The notes beneath the pieces were generated by a model. The model worked only from the letters and a program-made list of their open reading frames with translations, was not told the origin of the DNA and did not search any database. Made by a program: the position numbers and the translations under genes. From contig VMER01000003.1 of NCBI GenBank assembly GCA_007375645.1, forward strand, positions 10,008-74,007: a DNA stretch of 64,000 nucleotides, in the 5' to 3' direction. This DNA is from Parcubacteria group bacterium LiPW_15 (lineage in GTDB: Bacteria > Patescibacteriota > Minisyncoccia > UBA6257 > 2-01-FULL-56-20). Positions 59,835 to 64,000 of the stretch are shown one piece after another (position 1 is the first letter of the stretch; each line of letters begins with the position of its first letter).

Positions 59835-61580
59835 ATGGATAAAAATAATAATTTGGATGGTATCAGGCACTCTCTGGCGCATCTGCTCGCGGCGGCTGTC
59901 AGAGAACTCTATCCTGGTTCGCAAAACGCTATCGGACCTGCGATAGAAAATGGCTTTTACCAGGATTTTGAAATGTCCGAACAAATCTCAGACGCCGATT
60001 TGTTGAAAATTGAAACGAAGATGCGCGAACTTCTACCGGACTGGAAAGAATGGGATAAAAAAGTCGTATCCCTGGATGAAGTAAAAAAAGAATTCGGGTG
60101 GAATAAATATAAAATAGAACTGGCGGAAGAATTCGCGAAGGATGAAAAAACCCTTACATTTTTCACTTGCGGCGGGTTCATAGATCTGTGTAAGGGCGGA
60201 CACAATTTGCCGCCAGCGAAGATAGATCCCGAAAGCTTTAAGCTGGAACGCGTAGCAGGCGCCTATTGGCGGGGCGATGAAAAGAACAAAATGCTAACTC
60301 GCATTTATGGACTAGCTTTCGGAACCAAGGAGGAGTTAGGCGCGTATCTCAAGATGATGGAAGAAGCGAAAAAGCGCGACCACAAAAAACTCGGCCCCGA
60401 ATTGGATATTTTCGTATTCTCCGAACTGGTCGGACCCGGACTCCCGCTCTGGACTCCGAAGGGAACCCTAATAAGAAACCTTTTGGATGATTTCGTCTGG
60501 GAACTCAGAGAAAAACGCGGTTATGAAAAAGTAGAAATTCCGCATATCACCAAAAAAGACCTCTACGAGAAAAGCGGCCACTGGGAAAAATACAAAGACG
60601 ATCTTTTTAAGATAACCACGCGCGAGGGACATCAATTTGCGATGAAGCCGATGAACTGCCCGCACCACACCCAGATATATGCCAGGAAGCCTTGGAGCTA
60701 CAGGGAACTTCCTCAACGCTACGCCAACACGACCACTTGTTATCGAGATGAACAGACCGGAGAACTGTCGGGTCTTTCCCGCGTTCGCGCGTTCGCCCAA
60801 GACGATGCCCATGTATTTTGCCGAATGGAGCAGGCCAAAGAAGAATTTTTGAAGATTTGGGATATTATCCACGAATTTTATCCGAAGTTTGGATTTGATC
60901 TGCGCGTCCGCCTTTCGATCCACGACCCGGCAAACCCCGAAAAATATTTGGGTAACAAAGAAAATTGGGACATAGCCGAAAAAATTTTGCGGGATATCGT
61001 GACCGAAAAGAAAGTGGATTGGTTTGAGGGTTTGGGCGAAGCGGCCTTCTACGGCCCGAAACTCGATTTTATGGCCAAGGATTCTCTGGGACGCGAGTGG
61101 CAGGTAGCGACGATACAACTCGACATGAACATGCCGGAAAGGTTTGATCTGATCTGCACGAACGAGAAGGGCGAAGCGGAAAGGATCGTTATGATCCACG
61201 CGGCCATAATGGGCTCGATAGAAAGATTTTTATCGATTGCGATAGAGCACTTCGCAGGAGCATTCCCGCTCTGGCTCGCGCCGGTTCAAGCGGCAATAAT
61301 CCCGGTAGGCGAGAAATTCGCTGGCTTCGCGGAAAAAGTTATGAACAGCTTGACAGCCCAGGGCATTCGCGCGGAAATTTATGCCGCTGACGAGACCTTG
61401 GGTAAGCGTGTTCGAGAAGCGGAAATGCAAAAGATCCCCTACGTGCTGGTGGTGGGCGAAAAAGAAGAATCCGCGGGCGAAGTAAATGTGCGCCACTACA
61501 GGCGCGGACAGGAAGGAACTCTGTCTATAAAAGAAGTTGCGGAGAAAATAAAAAAAGAAATCGACGAAAAAACTATTTAA
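59835..61580 (+). CDS. thrS: threonyl-tRNA synthetase
   Basis: Start at MDKNNNLDGIRHSLAHLLAAAV; class II motifs; C-terminal anticodon-binding domain; 581 aa. Confidence 0.9.
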   Translation: MDKNNNLDGIRHSLAHLLAAAVRELYPGSQNAIGPAIENGFYQDFEMSEQISDADLLKIETKMRELLPDWKEWDKKVVSLDEVKKEFGWNKYKIELAEEFAKDEKTLTFFTCGGFIDLCKGGHNLPPAKIDPESFKLERVAGAYWRGDEKNKMLTRIYGLAFGTKEELGAYLKMMEEAKKRDHKKLGPELDIFVFSELVGPGLPLWTPKGTLIRNLLDDFVWELREKRGYEKVEIPHITKKDLYEKSGHWEKYKDDLFKITTREGHQFAMKPMNCPHHTQIYARKPWSYRELPQRYANTTTCYRDEQTGELSGLSRVRAFAQDDAHVFCRMEQAKEEFLKIWDIIHEFYPKFGFDLRVRLSIHDPANPEKYLGNKENWDIAEKILRDIVTEKKVDWFEGLGEAAFYGPKLDFMAKDSLGREWQVATIQLDMNMPERFDLICTNEKGEAERIVMIHAAIMGSIERFLSIAIEHFAGAFPLWLAPVQAAIIPVGEKFAGFAEKVMNSLTAQGIRAEIYAADETLGKRVREAEMQKIPYVLVVGEKEESAGEVNVRHYRRGQEGTLSIKEVAEKIKKEIDEKTI

Positions 61581-61596
61581 ATATAAAAATGATTAA

Positions 61597-61632
61597 CCCG
61601 GACAGTCCAATGGACTGTCCGGGTTTTGGTTT
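61597..61632 (+). terminator. intrinsic terminator of thrS
   Basis: CCCGGACAGTCC-AATG-GACTGTCCGGG followed by TTTTGGTTT. Confidence 0.55.
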
Positions 61633-61664
61633 GGCCGGGCTTTTAACCGACCGGGTCGAAAGGG

Positions 61665-61814
61665 CTACGCGACCCCGGAATCCCCGAACCTGTCGGGAAC
61701 GCGCGGGGGAAGCGCGTCGATGTTGAAGAGCTTCTTGAGCGTGAAAACCATCGCCACGAGGAAACCCGTCACAGCGAGCCCTACGAGAGTCGAATCGGAC
61801 GTCTTCTTTTTCAT
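61665..61814 (-). CDS. small single-TM protein
   Basis: 49 aa (MKKKTSDSTLVGLAVTGFLVAMVFTLKK...) with a strong AAGGAG RBS 8 nt upstream. Confidence 0.3.
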   Translation of the reverse strand: MKKKTSDSTLVGLAVTGFLVAMVFTLKKLFNIDALPPRVPDRFGDSGVA

Positions 61815-61827
61815 GAGAGACTCCTTC

Positions 61828-62214
61828 TTAGAGGACCATGGTGATCCGGTCTGCGGGAACCGAGAATCGATTCCCGAAACCGTCCGTGAGAGAAACCAAC
61901 TCCCGATAGCTCCGGGAAAGCTTGGATCCCGTGATCCTCGCTCGCCGCCGAACCGGACGGCCGGACCGCGGGTTCTGAAGGTAAAAGACCTCACGACCGA
62001 TCTCAATTGGCAACCGGGCGGGCGAAACCGCCATGGAACACGTCCTTTCTTCGGGTACGACAGGGGTCTCCGGCACGATGTCGGGTTCCGGCACCGAACC
62101 GAATTCTGCGACCCCTCGCGCCGCCGCCCGCAACATACTGGCGACGAGAATTGCGAAAAGCGAGATGATGAGAACGCCGAGCGAAGCCATCATGAGGACA
62201 CTGTGACGATCCAT
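61828..62214 (-). CDS. single-TM hypothetical protein
   Basis: 128 aa; RBS GAGGAG; N-terminal TM helix LMMASLGVLIISLFAILVASML; GC-rich. Confidence 0.35.
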   Translation of the reverse strand: MDRHSVLMMASLGVLIISLFAILVASMLRAAARGVAEFGSVPEPDIVPETPVVPEERTCSMAVSPARLPIEIGREVFYLQNPRSGRPVRRRARITGSKLSRSYRELVSLTDGFGNRFSVPADRITMVL

Positions 62215-62280
62215 CTGTCGGATCTCCTCTCAATTGTTTATTCGAAGGGCTTGAGGTATGTTTTATCATATATGTTCGAG

Positions 62281-63168
62281 ATGTCAACGAAACTTCCGAA
62301 AATAATCGTCATCCTGGGTCCGACCGCGACCGGTAAATCCGATTTTGCCGTAGACTTGGCAAAGCAATTTGGCGGGGAAATAATTTCCGCGGATTCCCGC
62401 CAAGTATATAAAGGGCTTGATTTGGGCACCGGAAAGATAACTAAGCGTGAGATGCGCGGCGTCCCCCACCACTTACTGGATGTTGCTTCCGCAAATCGTG
62501 TTTTTACCGCTTCCGATTATGCGAGACTCGCGAAGCATGCCATTTCAAAAATAGCCGGCAAGGGCAAACTACCGATAATCTGCGGAGGTACCGGATTTTA
62601 TATAGTGGCGGCACTCGAAAGACAGAGCCTTGCTCCCGTTCCGCCGAATACCGCGCTCCGCAAGAAACTCACAAAGAAATCTGCCTCGAAATTATTCTCA
62701 ATTCTAAAGAAAATAGACCCTGAGCGCGCCCGAACCATTGATGCCAAAAATTCGCATCGTCTTATCCGCGCGATAGAGATTGCCAAAGCTATCGGCAAGT
62801 CCCCGGCGAGAAATAGAGAAGAGGAATATGACGCTCTAAAAATCGGCCTTAACTTCCCGCTTGAGACGCTAAAAAGACGCATTGACCTGCGACTCAAGAA
62901 ACGTCTCCGCCTAGGACTCATAAAAGAGGTGGAGCATCTTCACGAGAAAGGCTTGAGCTTCAAACGAATGGAGGCTCTGGGTTTGGAGTATCGTTATATT
63001 TCGAGATTTCTTCGCGGGATATTAACCAGAAAACAAATGGAGGAGGAACTTTCCCGAGAGATATTTAAATTCGCCAAAAGACAGAACACCTGGTTTAAAA
63101 AAGATAATAGCATCCACTGGGTGAAAAATATAAAAGAGGCGAAGATTCTAATAAAGAAATTTCTTTAG
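62281..63168 (+). CDS. miaA: tRNA dimethylallyltransferase
   Basis: Start at MSTKLPKIIVILGPTATGKSDFAVDLA (P-loop); ISADSRQVYKGLDLGTGK motif; 295 aa. Confidence 0.85.
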   Translation: MSTKLPKIIVILGPTATGKSDFAVDLAKQFGGEIISADSRQVYKGLDLGTGKITKREMRGVPHHLLDVASANRVFTASDYARLAKHAISKIAGKGKLPIICGGTGFYIVAALERQSLAPVPPNTALRKKLTKKSASKLFSILKKIDPERARTIDAKNSHRLIRAIEIAKAIGKSPARNREEEYDALKIGLNFPLETLKRRIDLRLKKRLRLGLIKEVEHLHEKGLSFKRMEALGLEYRYISRFLRGILTRKQMEEELSREIFKFAKRQNTWFKKDNSIHWVKNIKEAKILIKKFL

Positions 63169-63287
63169 TCGTCCGCGGCCCTAGGGCGCGCCAAAGCGCC
63201 CCGAGATAAAATCAAGGCGAGTCTCATATATGAGACTCGCCTTGATCGATAAGCAACGGGAAAATCCAATTGGTTTCCGAGCAGTAA

Positions 63288-64000
63288 TTATTTTCCTAAA
63301 AGCTCCTTGAGGAGCGGTTGAAGTTCCGCAGGCTTTGCCGCGCCCTTAGTCTTCTTCATCACTTGACCCACAAGGAATTGCAGGCTGGCTTCTTTTCCTT
63401 TTTTATAATCTGCCACGGCATTCGGATTTTCGGCTATCGCTTCTTCTGCCGCTTTTCGGAGAACGTCCCCGCCCACGCTTTCGTTCTTCGAGGCCAGTTC
63501 TTCCACATCCGCACCGGTCTTGAACATAACCGAGAGCATTTCCTTGGCTTGCCGGCTGGTTATCTTTCCGGCTTGAAGCAGGGAAACCAAGTGCGCCAGA
63601 TGCTCGGGAACGACTTTGCATTCCCCGATGGACACCCCGTCTTCTTTCATCAGCCCCTTTAAGTCGCTCGTTAAATAGTTATAGAGGAGACCAACGTCCG
63701 CATTTCTACCCTGTGGTGAGCCAGTCGAATCCATTTTCTCCTTCAGCTCCGAAACCGCTTCCTCGTAATAATTGGCGAGGTCCTCTTCGTCTACCAAAAG
63801 TTCGACCTGAGATTCGGCAAGCCCGTACTCGGTTTTAAATCTATCCCGCTTGGCCTCCGGTAATTCCGGAAGCTCCGCGCGCAGCTTCTCTATTTCAAAC
63901 TGATCGGTTGAAAACGGCGGCAGGTCTGGATCGGGGAAATATCTGTATTCATGCGCGCTCTCTTTGGAGCGTTGGCTGAAGGTGGTTTTTTTAACATCGT
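63288..64000 (-). CDS. gatB: Asp/Glu-tRNA(Asn/Gln) amidotransferase subunit B, C-terminal part (gene continues beyond the window)
   Basis: Frame stays open upstream of the listed Met; 'EYRYFPDPDLPP' GatB signature at ~63880..63920; C-terminal YqeY-like domain. Confidence 0.8.
   Translation of the reverse strand, partial: DVKKTTFSQRSKESAHEYRYFPDPDLPPFSTDQFEIEKLRAELPELPEAKRDRFKTEYGLAESQVELLVDEEDLANYYEEAVSELKEKMDSTGSPQGRNADVGLLYNYLTSDLKGLMKEDGVSIGECKVVPEHLAHLVSLLQAGKITSRQAKEMLSVMFKTGADVEELASKNESVGGDVLRKAAEEAIAENPNAVADYKKGKEASLQFLVGQVMKKTKGAAKPAELQPLLKELLGK

Noticed and set aside
61720-62280. 482-aa ORF extending miaA upstream to 61720
   Set aside because: The upstream part is GC-rich antisense to two RBS-bearing minus-strand small genes; miaA homology and its P-loop begin at 62281
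1-64000. CRISPR arrays or rRNA genes
   Set aside because: No regularly spaced direct repeats with unique spacers and no rRNA-like conserved blocks seen; the tandem repeats found are coding (acidic decapeptides, Big_2 98-mers) or the two structured elements

Overview
This 64-kb window has two compositionally distinct parts (GC judged by eye, not computed). Part 1 (~1..21,000) is AT-rich and looks like a horizontally acquired defence island on an integrative element. Part 2 (~22,000..64,000) is GC-richer housekeeping-type territory with several GC-rich intergenic islands.

Part 1 contains:
- a large serine recombinase, an excisionase-family HTH protein and SpoVG-like/phage-like small genes;
- a complete Type III restriction-modification pair (Mod 10635..12203, Res 12208..14475) in an apparent operon with a 1565-aa P-loop NTPase that has STAND/Avs-like architecture (14490..19187), which is translationally coupled through a 4-nt ATGA overlap to a 498-aa protein of unknown function (19184..20680);
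- a second, divergently oriented 1265-aa protein (1438..5235) carrying an N-terminal Mrr-like 'PDGGID...FQIK' restriction-endonuclease signature followed by Walker A and Walker B motifs;
- a small transmembrane protein plus a HEPN-motif (Rx4H) protein that may form an Abi/toxin-like module.

Part 2 contains:
- core genes lepA, leuS, serS, thrS (preceded by a T-box leader), gap, rsgA, rpiB, tatD, miaA, gatB (partial), htrA, a HIT hydrolase, a LOG-family protein, a peroxiredoxin, a GT-C glycosyltransferase, and FtsQ-like and FtsB-like division proteins;
- three tRNAs: Ala-GGC, Arg-CCT and Ser-CGA;
- two DUF2975-like membrane protein + XRE-type HTH regulator pairs (YozG-like in the first pair);
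- a ~1350-aa surface protein that is split into three ORFs by frameshifts, each lying exactly at the end of one copy of a perfect 98-nt repeat.

The most unusual non-coding signals are:
1. A ~700-nt GC-rich candidate non-coding RNA on the minus strand (52402..53098). It has a near-consensus TTGACA-16-TATAAT promoter and a UUCG-loop intrinsic terminator. It carries three tandem modules, each made of a Shine-Dalgarno sequence exposed in a hairpin loop followed by a pentapeptide mini-ORF M-S-G-F-x-stop.
2. A ~115-120-nt element present in two copies (22043..22164 and 45954..46066). Its internal hairpins and terminal stem show compensatory base changes between the copies. Its termini mimic tRNA 3' ends, and the second copy duplicates the 3' end of the adjacent tRNA-Arg. 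Each copy is flanked by bidirectional terminators.

No CRISPR array or rRNA was seen.
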